DNA of 55,902 nucleotides from Promethearchaeota archaeon. GTDB taxonomy: Archaea > Asgardarchaeota > Lokiarchaeia > Sigyniarchaeales > SOKP01. A program made the translations under genes and the position numbers. Positions within the stretch are counted from its first letter, which is position 1. Every line of letters begins with the position of its first letter. The stretch spans positions 3,428 through 59,329 of the forward strand of contig JBHLMP010000016.1 in assembly GCA_048938025.1 (NCBI GenBank). The letters run 5' to 3'. The notes under the pieces were generated by a model. The model saw only the letters and a list, made by a program, of their open reading frames with translations, was not told the DNA's origin and searched no databases. Below, in pieces: positions 46,874 through 55,902 of the stretch.

Positions 46874-47737
46874 ATGAATTTAAAAGAGATAAGACTTATC
46901 CTTAAGGAGTTAAACTTAAAACCTAAAAAACATCTAGGGCAAAACTTTCTAGTTGATGATAACATCTTAAACAAGGTTATTTCAGAGTCGCATATTACAA
47001 AGGATGATATAATATTAGAGATCGGCCCAGGGTTAGGAGCTTTAACAGAGAAATTAATAGAAAAAGCGAAAAAAGTATATGCTATTGAAATTGATCCTAT
47101 TCTTTATAAATATATTTCAGAAAAATTCTCAAATCATAGAAATATTGAGATCACAAATGGAGATATCTTAAAAGTGAACATTCCTTTTCATAATAAAGTT
47201 GTTTCTAATATTCCTTACAAAATAACTGGTCCAATTTTTGAAAGAATTTTTTTTAAAGAAAAACCTCCTCAAGGAATCCTAATAATAGAAAAAAATATTG
47301 TTGATAGAATATTTTTCGAAGGAGATTATAAAAAATATTCTAGAATTACGATTAGTTTTAATTCTTTTATGAAACCAATTTCAAAATTCACAATTCCTCG
47401 GAATTCTTTTTATCCAGTTCCAAAAATCGATCTTGCTTTGATAAATATAACACCTAAAGCCCAAATAAACCAATTTTTATTAAAAAATGATGGAAAGGAA
47501 TTCTACTTAAAGTTTTTAGCCGGAATTATGCCTTACAAGAATAAAAATATTGTAAATGCAATTGAATTATTTTTAAGACAAAAAGGAATAAGTAAATTGG
47601 AAAAAAAAGAAATTTTACAGATTTTTAAAAAAAAAAAAATTAATAATTACAAACTTTTTAGCTTTAAAATAGAAGAATTAATAGAATTAAGTAAAACAGT
47701 TTTCAATTTCTATAACTTAAAAAAAAATAGTGATTAA
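46874..47737 (+). CDS. rsmA: 16S rRNA m6,2A dimethyltransferase KsgA/Dim1
   Basis: KHLGQNFL, LEIGPGLGALT, SNIPY. Confidence 0.93.
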   Translation: MNLKEIRLILKELNLKPKKHLGQNFLVDDNILNKVISESHITKDDIILEIGPGLGALTEKLIEKAKKVYAIEIDPILYKYISEKFSNHRNIEITNGDILKVNIPFHNKVVSNIPYKITGPIFERIFFKEKPPQGILIIEKNIVDRIFFEGDYKKYSRITISFNSFMKPISKFTIPRNSFYPVPKIDLALINITPKAQINQFLLKNDGKEFYLKFLAGIMPYKNKNIVNAIELFLRQKGISKLEKKEILQIFKKKKINNYKLFSFKIEELIELSKTVFNFYNLKKNSD

Positions 47738-48425
47738 GATCAATTCTGTCCCTGATCCAATAATAGAATATGATTTTGAGAATGTATATCCTCCATCTGA
47801 TGATACTTATCTCTTAATTGATTATTTCAAAGAATCTGTAAATGAAAAATACTTTGACGGAATAAACATTAAATATGTTAAAAACATATTAGATTTAGGG
47901 ACTGGAACAGGTATTATAGCAATATTTTTTCAATTAGTTAAACAAAATTTTGTTAATTTTAATCCTACGATTTATGCTTCTGATATTTTAGAAGAAGCTT
48001 TAATTTGTGCCAAGTTAAATGAAAAATTAAATGGTATTAAAAAAAAAATAACATTTATAAAATCAGATCTGTTTAAATCATTTCCTTTAAATTTGAAAAA
48101 TACTTTTGATATAATTATTTTCAATCCTCCATATTTACCATCTCTGGATGATCTCAATGAGAAAGAGAGAGTATTAAATATCGATTATAGCTGGAATGGA
48201 GGGATAAAAGGCTACGAACTAGTTCTTAAATTTATTGAACAAGCAAGACAGTTTCTCAATTTAAACCATAAGTGCTACATATATTTCATTAATTCAAGTA
48301 GAATTAATTTAAATGATTTTAACTATATATTAAAGCAAAAAGGATATGAAAATAAGATTTTGAATAAAAAACATATATTTTTTGAAGATATCATTTTAAA
48401 CAGGTTAACTTTAAGGAAAAATTAA
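47730..48425 (+). CDS. HemK2/Mtq2 protein-glutamine methyltransferase
   Basis: VYPPSDDTYLL, LDLGTGTG, FNPPY, WNGG. Confidence 0.88.
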   Translation: MIKINSVPDPIIEYDFENVYPPSDDTYLLIDYFKESVNEKYFDGINIKYVKNILDLGTGTGIIAIFFQLVKQNFVNFNPTIYASDILEEALICAKLNEKLNGIKKKITFIKSDLFKSFPLNLKNTFDIIIFNPPYLPSLDDLNEKERVLNIDYSWNGGIKGYELVLKFIEQARQFLNLNHKCYIYFINSSRINLNDFNYILKQKGYENKILNKKHIFFEDIILNRLTLRKN

Positions 48426-49702
48426 AACGGTCTTCTATTTCTTCTCTTATCTAATAATGATATCCCATATTTATTTAGAGTCCTAATTAAATTATTAAAT
48501 AAAAGACTTATTTCACTATTCTTAAAAACAGCTCTTCTATGAGCTTCAATTTGTGGGATTGGCAATCCATAATGCTCATTTAAGCTTGAGATTGGTAACA
48601 ATATTGAAGAAATTAAATTAGCTTTTTCAGAGGCTTTTTTAAGAGAATGTTTTTCATTCATAAAAAATTCAATTCTGCATGGTGTATCATACAAAGCAGT
48701 TTTAAGATAAAAAGCATAAAATGAAAGAGGAAAATAGTATGGAATTTCTTTTTTTATTCCAGTATCTCTAATTTTATCGATTTCTCTTTTACAATTAAAA
48801 ATACAACTTCTTTCAGATTTTTTTAATAATCGATTAAATAAATCTAAATCAGAGAAATAATTCATTATATCTCTGTAATTAATTTTAATAAAATCATTTA
48901 AATTTGATTTACTAGGTAATAATAATTGGATAGATTCACTTAATAAATGTGTTAAAGCAGAAGTCCTTGTATCTTTAATTGAACCAATTAAAATAATTCC
49001 TTTTTCTTTACAGGTTAAATATAAATTATGATACTCTTTTAATAATAAATCATACTTCTTAGATATTTCAGGATCTTTAGAGAAAAGTAAATTAATAGGC
49101 ATAATGACAATTGAACCGTCGATAATAACAATATCAATATCAGTAAATCTATTAATCATATTGTTAAGTAAATTAATTTCCATGAATTTCATATCAATTG
49201 AGATCTTAGCTTCAACTGTGGTGTCATCACGATTCAAATAATTTCCCTGCACAGTATAATTATTAAATCCATTTAAGTCCGGAAAATATGCAATATTTGC
49301 TGAGTGATTTTTGTAAAATAAATATTTAACTGCTATAGCTTTTAAAAATGAAAAGTCCACATTCATAAATTTTTTAACAACTGAACTTCCATCTACACTA
49401 ACGACATTTAATCCTCTAATATTTGAGGATTTAACTTGTTGTTTTAAAAAAAATTCTTTAATATAATAATTAGAATAATTAATTAACCCAGAAAAATCCA
49501 AATCATCGAGATTTTTCATTATTATTTCTATAAATTCAGTTTTTATTTTTTCAAGCTCAATATATTCATTCGCAATAGCTTTTAGATCTTTCAGTAGAAT
49601 TTGTTCTTTTGTAAAACTTGTATGAGATAAATTTTCTTTTTCTTTTAACAAATAATTTGTATGTTTACTATTAGACTTTAACGAATTATTCTCAATTGTC
49701 AT
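48422..49702 (-). CDS. nurA: NurA family nuclease
   Basis: VSVDGSS, ME, IIDGSI, GSIKDT, YGLP.PQIEAH.RA. Confidence 0.85.
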   Translation of the reverse strand: MTIENNSLKSNSKHTNYLLKEKENLSHTSFTKEQILLKDLKAIANEYIELEKIKTEFIEIIMKNLDDLDFSGLINYSNYYIKEFFLKQQVKSSNIRGLNVVSVDGSSVVKKFMNVDFSFLKAIAVKYLFYKNHSANIAYFPDLNGFNNYTVQGNYLNRDDTTVEAKISIDMKFMEINLLNNMINRFTDIDIVIIDGSIVIMPINLLFSKDPEISKKYDLLLKEYHNLYLTCKEKGIILIGSIKDTRTSALTHLLSESIQLLLPSKSNLNDFIKINYRDIMNYFSDLDLFNRLLKKSERSCIFNCKREIDKIRDTGIKKEIPYYFPLSFYAFYLKTALYDTPCRIEFFMNEKHSLKKASEKANLISSILLPISSLNEHYGLPIPQIEAHRRAVFKNSEISLLFNNLIRTLNKYGISLLDKRRNRRPF

Positions 49703-49795
49703 TTAGAGTATTTAAAAATAGGATAAAAATAATAATAATGAGATATTTAATTTTTTGATTTCTTGAAATTTTAAGAACATATATATCTCAGATAA

Positions 49796-50449
49796 ATGTC
49801 CATCCAAATTGGGAGAAACCCATGGATTTTAATTGGGCTATCATCTCTTGAAATTTTATTCATCATTTTACCAGCATTCATCACTGGAAAAATTGAGAAA
49901 AAAGGAGTTAGAGAAGAACTAGCTGAGATGGGTTTTAAAAAAAATCAAGATTCATTGATAGCAAATCTATTAAAAATCTTCACTGGTATTGGAATTGGAA
50001 TTTTACTTTTTGCAACTAGTGGTTTCATTATTTACTTTTTCAGAGACATTATTGTTAAATTCATATTCGGAACCTCTTTCGTGCAAAATGGTGATGCAGG
50101 AGCAATTTCAACCCAACCAATTCAACCAAGTATAATTCAAGTAATAATAATCATTGTTTTACAATTTTTGATTATTGGAATTTGTGAAGAGGCCTTCTTC
50201 CGAGCATTTTTAATAAACAAATTTAAAAATAAAATGAGATTAAGATATGCTTTTATATTCTCGTCAATATTATTTACACTTTACCATGTTCCTCCCTTAA
50301 TAGTACCACTTACAACCATGATTACTTTTTTCGGATATTATTTTAGTATTGGACTTTTGTTATCTTATTTATTTATGTATTTTGATTATTCAATAATCCC
50401 TGTCTCAATTGCTCATTCTATTTTTAATATTTTAATCATTATATTATGA
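49796..50449 (+). CDS. CPBP family intramembrane metalloprotease (Abi/Rce1-like)
   Basis: EEAFFRA, FTLYH and AHSIFN catalytic motifs intact. Confidence 0.88.
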   Translation: MSIQIGRNPWILIGLSSLEILFIILPAFITGKIEKKGVREELAEMGFKKNQDSLIANLLKIFTGIGIGILLFATSGFIIYFFRDIIVKFIFGTSFVQNGDAGAISTQPIQPSIIQVIIIIVLQFLIIGICEEAFFRAFLINKFKNKMRLRYAFIFSSILFTLYHVPPLIVPLTTMITFFGYYFSIGLLLSYLFMYFDYSIIPVSIAHSIFNILIIIL

Positions 50450-50603
50450 GTAATATTTCATTTTAAAATAATAACTTTAAATTAAACAAAATTTAATTAA
50501 TACTTGGTATATTAATATTTTAAATTAAAATCTATAAAATCACATAATAAATATAAAAAATTATAAAAAAATTAACCCCAATTTCTAATTTGGATAATAA
50601 ATA

Positions 50604-51146
50604 ATGACTGATTATGATTTTACCTATAAAATATTAATGCTAGGTGATGCTAGCGTTGGTAAAACCTCACTTACAATAAGATATATCTCTGGATTTTTTT
50701 TAGAAGACCTCAAATTAACTATTGGTGTTGATTTTTATTCAAAAACTACTAATTTTAAAGATAAAAAAGTTAAATTTCAAATATGGGATTTTGGAGGAGA
50801 AGAGCGATTCAGATTTCTTCTTCATCAATATTGTAAGGGTGCTAATGGTGCTTTCTTTCTTTATGATATAACAAATTCCACTACTCTAGACCATCTACCC
50901 GATTGGACGTCAATCATCAGAGAGCATGCAGGTGATATACCCATAATGTTAATTGGTTCAAAACTCGATTTGGATGAATTTAGAGCCGTATCAAGAGATG
51001 ATGGAATACTTTCGGCAAGGAAATATAACCTTGCCTCATTTGCAGAATTATCTTCAAAAACAGGGCAAAATGTAGAAAAAACATTTGAAGTTTTGACAGA
51101 AATTTTGTTTGAAAGATATTCAACTGAACAAAAGACTATTGTATAA
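50604..51146 (+). CDS. Rab-like small GTPase
   Basis: GDASVGKT, TIGVDF, IWDFGGEERFR, SKLD, SSKTG. Confidence 0.92.
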   Translation: MTDYDFTYKILMLGDASVGKTSLTIRYISGFFLEDLKLTIGVDFYSKTTNFKDKKVKFQIWDFGGEERFRFLLHQYCKGANGAFFLYDITNSTTLDHLPDWTSIIREHAGDIPIMLIGSKLDLDEFRAVSRDDGILSARKYNLASFAELSSKTGQNVEKTFEVLTEILFERYSTEQKTIV

Positions 51147-51245
51147 TTCAATACGATCTTTGAATTTAAAATATTTTAATAAAATCATGTCTTAATTACT
51201 TTAATAATCCAATCAATAACATATTAGTTAATTAAGGTACATTTT

Positions 51246-51617
51246 ATGATAGAAGTATTAAATAAAAAAGATAAGCTTGAAGGATATATAGATGGAAAGA
51301 AATATTTGAATAAGAAAAAGAAATTACTAAGCTATATAGAGAATAATGAATTTAAGGAAAAATCAGGTTATACTCTTTTAATTCTTACAGAAAATCGAGA
51401 TATAACTTGGAATGAGGGAGAAAAACAAGGATGGCTCGAAGATGGAAAGATTTACTCTTCATTTGATAATAGACTTATTTTCGAGTTTAAAGAAGATAAA
51501 GGACAGATTCTTGATTCTGAGGGTACTGTCGTTTTATATCTTAAGGGAGATTTTGAAAAATTAGATGATTTAGATTTCTTTGGAATTGCTGGACAATATC
51601 TTGAATTATTTGCCTAA
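51246..51617 (+). CDS. hypothetical beta-repeat protein
   Basis: 123-aa ORF with repeated beta-hairpin-like (G)YI-D/E-GK units. Confidence 0.55.
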   Translation: MIEVLNKKDKLEGYIDGKKYLNKKKKLLSYIENNEFKEKSGYTLLILTENRDITWNEGEKQGWLEDGKIYSSFDNRLIFEFKEDKGQILDSEGTVVLYLKGDFEKLDDLDFFGIAGQYLELFA

Positions 51618-53557
51618 GTACCATTAATTTTATTCCAGACTTGCATCTTAGTTGGTCCATGATTATTCCAAGCATAGTATGGTATAGCATTAAATACCTT
51701 ATTAGAGGTTAATGCACCTTTAATAATATTTATACCTCCTAAAAGGTCAGGTTTGTAAATCACTTTTAATTCTTGATTTCTATCTATTTCAGCATCAAAT
51801 ATATTAAAATCTTTATTATTAATTTGCTCTAAACAATAAATCAAAGGTCCATTAGATATTGTCACTTTTCCCCGATTAGCTTTAATTCGAGGATCAGCCC
51901 TTTCAAATATAGGTTTCATTTTAAAATTAAGTTCAATTATGTCACTATTAGCCCAATTCCTGATTATTTTTATATACTTTCCTGGAGTCAAATTGTTTTG
52001 ATATTTGACTTGATTGATAACAATTTCTGTTGCACCACTCCATTTTGGAATTCTAAGAAATAGAGAAAAATTTTGATTATTCTTCAATTGAATTCTAATT
52101 TTAACAGATCCATTCCAAGGTAATTCGCTTTCTTGGATTAATCCTAATTCATTTTTCTCAGTCAAATCTGTATTCATTTGACTTCCAATATATTGATGAA
52201 TCCAAATCCCATTTTCTGTGATGCTATAAATATATTGACCTATAGAAGCAAGTGTACGAGCAATATTCGGAGGACAACAAGGACATATAAACCATTCCTT
52301 TCTCTCATCATCACCTTCTGATATCAATGAATTTGAATAAGTATATTTTTTACCATCTATAGATTGCCCCACTAACATAGCATTATAGAGTAATTTCTCG
52401 ATCAAATCAGCATATTTACAATTTCCCGTAATTTGAAGCATTCTCCAGTTCCACATGATATTACCAATGGCCGCACATGTTTCTGAATAAGAGTCCTCAT
52501 TCTTAAGAGAAAAATCTTTTCCGAATCCTTCAAAGGCTTTTACTGAACCTATACCTCCTGTTATGTAAATCCTGGCTTTTACCATCTTTAACCAAATTTT
52601 CCTTAATGCCCATAATAATGATTTATCACCTTTTTCAGAGTAAAGATCTGCCATCCCGCAATAAAGATACATTGCTCTAACTGCATGTCCTACAGGTTCA
52701 AAAACATCCCAAACAGGTAAATTTAATTGTAGAAATTCCCCATTAAGATGTACCTTAGCTAATTTTATCCAATCCCTTATAGTGAGATTGCCTAACCATT
52801 CATCTATCTCACTTACTTCCCTTATATCACTTTTCTCTTTCATTTTTTTTGACATATTTAACATCAACATCATGTCAAAATATTGATTAAGCGCATAGGT
52901 CTTAAAACTTGCAATATTGCCCCTCCGATTAATGAAATCTTCAGCAAGATCTAAATACTTACTATTTTTAGTTATTCTATATAATTTAATAAGAGCTAAT
53001 TCTATTTCAGGATGGCCAGGAGCACCTTTTCGCTTTTCTCCTAAAAAAATCTTAACAAGTAAATCTGCAAACTTTTTAGCAATATCTAATAATGCTTTTT
53101 GACCTGTACCGTTATAATGTGCTATCGCTGCTTCAATAAGATGCCCTGCACAGTATAGTTCTTCCATTAAATGTAAATTAGTGAATCTTTTATGTATAAA
53201 GTGAGGAAAGTAAAATGTGTTTACATACCCATCTTTCATCTGGGCTCGTTTTATTAAATCTATAATTTCATTAACTTTTTCTTCCAATTCTTTATCTTCA
53301 TTAATCTGTAATATATAACACGCAGATTCAAGCCATTTATATAAATCTGAATCATAATAAAATTCACCCCTTTTAACCCCTTTTTTAAGTCCTACTGCTA
53401 CTCTAAAATCATCAATATGCTTATCTTTAAGTTTCTCATACTGATGAAAAATTGATACTTCCCAATTAATTCTCTGTCTTTCAGCCCAAAATTTATCTCT
53501 AATTTCTACGTTCTCAAATGGAATTGGTTGAAGTTTATTAAAAGGACTTTTATTCAT
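51614..53557 (-). CDS. glycoside hydrolase family 127 (beta-L-arabinofuranosidase-like)
   Basis: DSDLYKWLE, ELYCAGH, GHPEIELAL, GHAVRAMY, YSETCA, CPCCPPN. Confidence 0.92.
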   Translation of the reverse strand: MNKSPFNKLQPIPFENVEIRDKFWAERQRINWEVSIFHQYEKLKDKHIDDFRVAVGLKKGVKRGEFYYDSDLYKWLESACYILQINEDKELEEKVNEIIDLIKRAQMKDGYVNTFYFPHFIHKRFTNLHLMEELYCAGHLIEAAIAHYNGTGQKALLDIAKKFADLLVKIFLGEKRKGAPGHPEIELALIKLYRITKNSKYLDLAEDFINRRGNIASFKTYALNQYFDMMLMLNMSKKMKEKSDIREVSEIDEWLGNLTIRDWIKLAKVHLNGEFLQLNLPVWDVFEPVGHAVRAMYLYCGMADLYSEKGDKSLLWALRKIWLKMVKARIYITGGIGSVKAFEGFGKDFSLKNEDSYSETCAAIGNIMWNWRMLQITGNCKYADLIEKLLYNAMLVGQSIDGKKYTYSNSLISEGDDERKEWFICPCCPPNIARTLASIGQYIYSITENGIWIHQYIGSQMNTDLTEKNELGLIQESELPWNGSVKIRIQLKNNQNFSLFLRIPKWSGATEIVINQVKYQNNLTPGKYIKIIRNWANSDIIELNFKMKPIFERADPRIKANRGKVTISNGPLIYCLEQINNKDFNIFDAEIDRNQELKVIYKPDLLGGINIIKGALTSNKVFNAIPYYAWNNHGPTKMQVWNKINGT

Positions 53558-53726
53558 AATTTTGAAAAATATAAACCTCTAAATAACTTTTTTATATTAT
53601 TATTTTTATTTAAAAGTTCAATTAAAATACTACATTTCACCTTTATACAGAAAATAGTTGTATAAAACAAGCAAGATTTTTATCTCCTAGAAGTTTTTTA
53701 GTAAATAGGCAGAAAAATTTCACCTA

Positions 53727-53893
53727 TTGATGATGAATGATCAACTGAATTAGAAATGATCGTATCATTTGATAACAAAATTTGATCATTTCTAAATAAC
53801 TGAATTCACTAGTAAAAAATTTGTTAATTTTTTTCATCAATTTTTTTTGTCGACTAAAAGTGACCGATCAGATTACTCGGATTAACTAAGATC
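53727..53893. other. structured intergenic element upstream of histone gene
   Basis: 12-bp inverted repeat (53750-53761 / 53784-53795), direct repeat AACTGAATT (53743, 53798), five GATC sites. Confidence 0.4.
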
Positions 53894-53992
53894 AACCAAC
53901 ACATTTATATATTAGTAATACTAATTTACATTTAAATACACTTTAAAAATTAAAAAATCATTAATTAAACAAATTTAGTGGAGGAATAAAAA

Positions 53993-54199
53993 ATGGCTGC
54001 ATTTGCATGGAGTCCTCTTAGGTCTCTAATGAAGAAAGCCGGAGCTGAAATCGTAAGTCGTGCTGCAGTTGATAAATTAATGGATTATTTAGAAGAATAT
54101 GCTAAAAGTCTAACTGCATGCGCCCTAGATATCGCAAAACACTCCGGTAGAAAGAAAGTAACCCAAGCAGACATGAAAATCGCAATTAACTTAATTTAA
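53993..54199 (+). CDS. archaeal histone (HMf-like)
   Basis: PLRSLMKKAGAEIVS, AKHSGRKKV..DM; SD GGAGG; TTTATATA upstream. Confidence 0.93.
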   Translation: MAAFAWSPLRSLMKKAGAEIVSRAAVDKLMDYLEEYAKSLTACALDIAKHSGRKKVTQADMKIAINLI

Positions 54200-54234
54200 A
54201 GCGATTTCTTGAAAGCTTAAAAAATTCTTAAAAC

Positions 54235-54253
54235 CTTTTTATTTTTTTTTTTT
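54235..54253 (+). terminator. oligo-T terminator after histone gene
   Basis: Long T-tract about 35-55 nt after the stop codon. Confidence 0.45.
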
Positions 54254-54339
54254 CTTAAAAAAAAGTTAATCTTTTTTGTTTAACATATCTCACGATTGAA
54301 TAGAATTAAGTAGATATTAATTGAGAATACTCTCCAATT

Positions 54340-54570
54340 TCAAGATTCATATAATGAATTTCCAATGACAAATATAGCGTATCCTACAGAAAAGAGGATA
54401 ATCGAACCTATAAAATAAGCGAATTCAACAGAAGTTGGTAAGAAAAAAATGAGATGTCTATCACCAATACCATAACCAAGTATCCAAAATAAAGTATAGC
54501 CTGATAAAACCATAAAAATTATGCCTAAAGACTTCAATACTTTTTTTATTTGAATTTTATAATATTCCAT
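54340..54570 (-). CDS. small two-TM membrane protein
   Basis: Two hydrophobic helices. Confidence 0.5.
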   Translation of the reverse strand: MEYYKIQIKKVLKSLGIIFMVLSGYTLFWILGYGIGDRHLIFFLPTSVEFAYFIGSIILFSVGYAIFVIGNSLYES

Positions 54571-54667
54571 TCTTCAAACATCATTATATTCGTTTTTATT
54601 AGATAAATTTATCATTAATATTATTAAAAGATGTGTATACATAATTAATATATTTTAAGAAATAATG

Positions 54668-54868
54668 TTATGTAATATATCTCGCAATCAAATAGGTTCC
54701 TATACACACTAATAGAATAGAGGTTAAAACATATATTAGACCATAAAGCAGTTGAATAAATATTACCTCCCACCAATTTATTGTAATAAATAATAATATT
54801 ATACCAACTAAAATCATACTGAATCCTATTAAAATTACAGATAAACTTACTTTTGCGTTCTTTTTCAT
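54668..54868 (-). CDS. small two-TM membrane protein
   Basis: Two hydrophobic helices; SD GAGGGTGA. Confidence 0.6.
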   Translation of the reverse strand: MKKNAKVSLSVILIGFSMILVGIILLFITINWWEVIFIQLLYGLIYVLTSILLVCIGTYLIARYIT

Positions 54869-54963
54869 TATAATATCACCCTCTCTACTTTTCTAGAGCA
54901 AATAGGGTATTTAAAAGCACTGAATTTATGAGGAAAAATAACTGGTTTTGTGAAATGCCGATA

Positions 54964-55449
54964 TTATCTTAATTTCTTGGCAAATTCAATAATTGTGTGT
55001 CCCAACCATTGTGTTGTTTGTCCTGTTTTTTTATATCCATTTTTCCTATAGAATTTTTGAGCTCTTTGTAGAATTTCTGTCGTGTCTAAAGTCATAATTT
55101 TGCATCCTTCAGAACGCGCTTCATCTTCTACACGTTGTAATAGGGAGGTTGCCGGGCTATTGATCCCCTGTTTTTTCGGATGTACTGCCATCCCTCGTAT
55201 ATGACCTTCTTCCATTTCTATTTTCTGCCATCCAATAGTTCCAATTATGTATCCATCATGATCAATTGCTACATACACTTTCATTTGTTTTAGACGCTCC
55301 TTAGCTGTTTCATCGTTAGATAATATTGTATCTGTAAAAGCTTCTGGAGTATAGAAATCACGGTATTCCTCAAATGCGGCTAACAAAACTTCTTGGATAG
55401 GTTGAATATCATTAATTGATGCTCGACATATTGAGTATTTATTCTTCAT
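54964..55449 (-). CDS. GNAT family N-acetyltransferase
   Basis: MAVHPKKQG, LDTT..L.RAQKFYRKNGY. Confidence 0.88.
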   Translation of the reverse strand: MKNKYSICRASINDIQPIQEVLLAAFEEYRDFYTPEAFTDTILSNDETAKERLKQMKVYVAIDHDGYIIGTIGWQKIEMEEGHIRGMAVHPKKQGINSPATSLLQRVEDEARSEGCKIMTLDTTEILQRAQKFYRKNGYKKTGQTTQWLGHTIIEFAKKLR

Positions 55450-55483
55450 TGATATCTCAATTCTTTGATTGCAATTACATTAT

Positions 55484-55902
55484 TTACAATTTAAACTGGA
55501 TAATATCCTCCATTTTATCAGCATAGAAATATCTACCTGACCCCATTACATCTACATGCCGAAAGATAATTTTAGAAAATTCAATTTTTTGAATCTTTAT
55601 CCCTTCTCTTAATTTTGCTTCTTCAAGTTCTCTTTTTGAATTCGATTCTACAATATTCTTTAACATTTTTCCTAACTCTGAGACAAGAATTTCTTCTTCT
55701 GAAGGGAAATATTGATCTGAGTCAGCTCCAATTGTAATATTTCCTTTTTGAAAACGTCCAGGATTCTTTTTGGCTTTAATTTTATATTTCTTAAAATAAG
55801 ATAAAATTATTTTTAATTTTTCAAGATTAGGTTGACCAATCTCATCAAGTATCTTAAATATATTCGTTTTTGGATATTTTAAATAATCAAAAACAGTATC
55901 GG
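55484..55902 (-). CDS. hypothetical protein, 5'-truncated by window edge
   Basis: Frame of the tracked 60-aa ORF stays open to the window end (DTVFDYLKYP...GADSDQYFPSEEE...). Confidence 0.6.
   Translation of the reverse strand, partial: DTVFDYLKYPKTNIFKILDEIGQPNLEKLKIILSYFKKYKIKAKKNPGRFQKGNITIGADSDQYFPSEEEILVSELGKMLKNIVESNSKRELEEAKLREGIKIQKIEFSKIIFRHVDVMGSGRYFYADKMEDIIQFKL

Noticed and set aside
731-53102. Many short antisense or overlapping ORFs in the track (e.g. 731, 4627, 6394, 7101, 7356, 16844, 21583, 21595, 35832, 38430, 39594, 50861)
   Set aside because: They lie inside well-supported genes and show no motifs; shadow ORFs.
1-55902. CRISPR array, tRNA/rRNA, integrase or provirus
   Set aside because: No regularly spaced repeats, GC-rich structural RNA segments or mobile-element genes were recognised.

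Overview
AT-rich archaeal chromosomal segment, almost certainly Asgard (Lokiarchaeia-like). The evidence is an archaeal histone, eL21/eL33, Rpo4, Pus10, NurA and DHQ synthase II, together with eukaryotic-signature families (two Rab-like GTPases, roadblock/longin proteins, ESCRT-III, LRR, AN1 and RING-like zinc fingers). Housekeeping blocks are gcvT-H-PA-PB and pus10-rpl21e-rpoF-DUF655-rsmA-hemK. Three signals stand out. (1) Four genes (rpl21e, XPD/Rad3 helicase, ESCRT-III, an alpha/beta hydrolase) have no ATG/GTG/TTG at their conserved N-terminus but carry ATA or ATC 5-7 nt after a Shine-Dalgarno motif, suggesting routine AUA/AUC initiation. (2) A zinc-finger + PH-like + steadiness-box (Vps23/TSG101-like) protein lies tail-to-tail with an ESCRT-III gene, a candidate non-canonical ESCRT module. 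(3) A tandem winged-helix/TPR regulator locus (about 6.9-16.5 kb) contains a cluster-less radical-SAM homologue, a divergent small ORF, two unannotated paralogous zinc-finger microproteins, an LRR gene, a recurring AAGTGYGAA operator-like motif and a duplicated 19-bp + hairpin element. No rRNA, tRNA, CRISPR array or transposase was recognised. All family assignments are from motif recognition by eye, not database searches.
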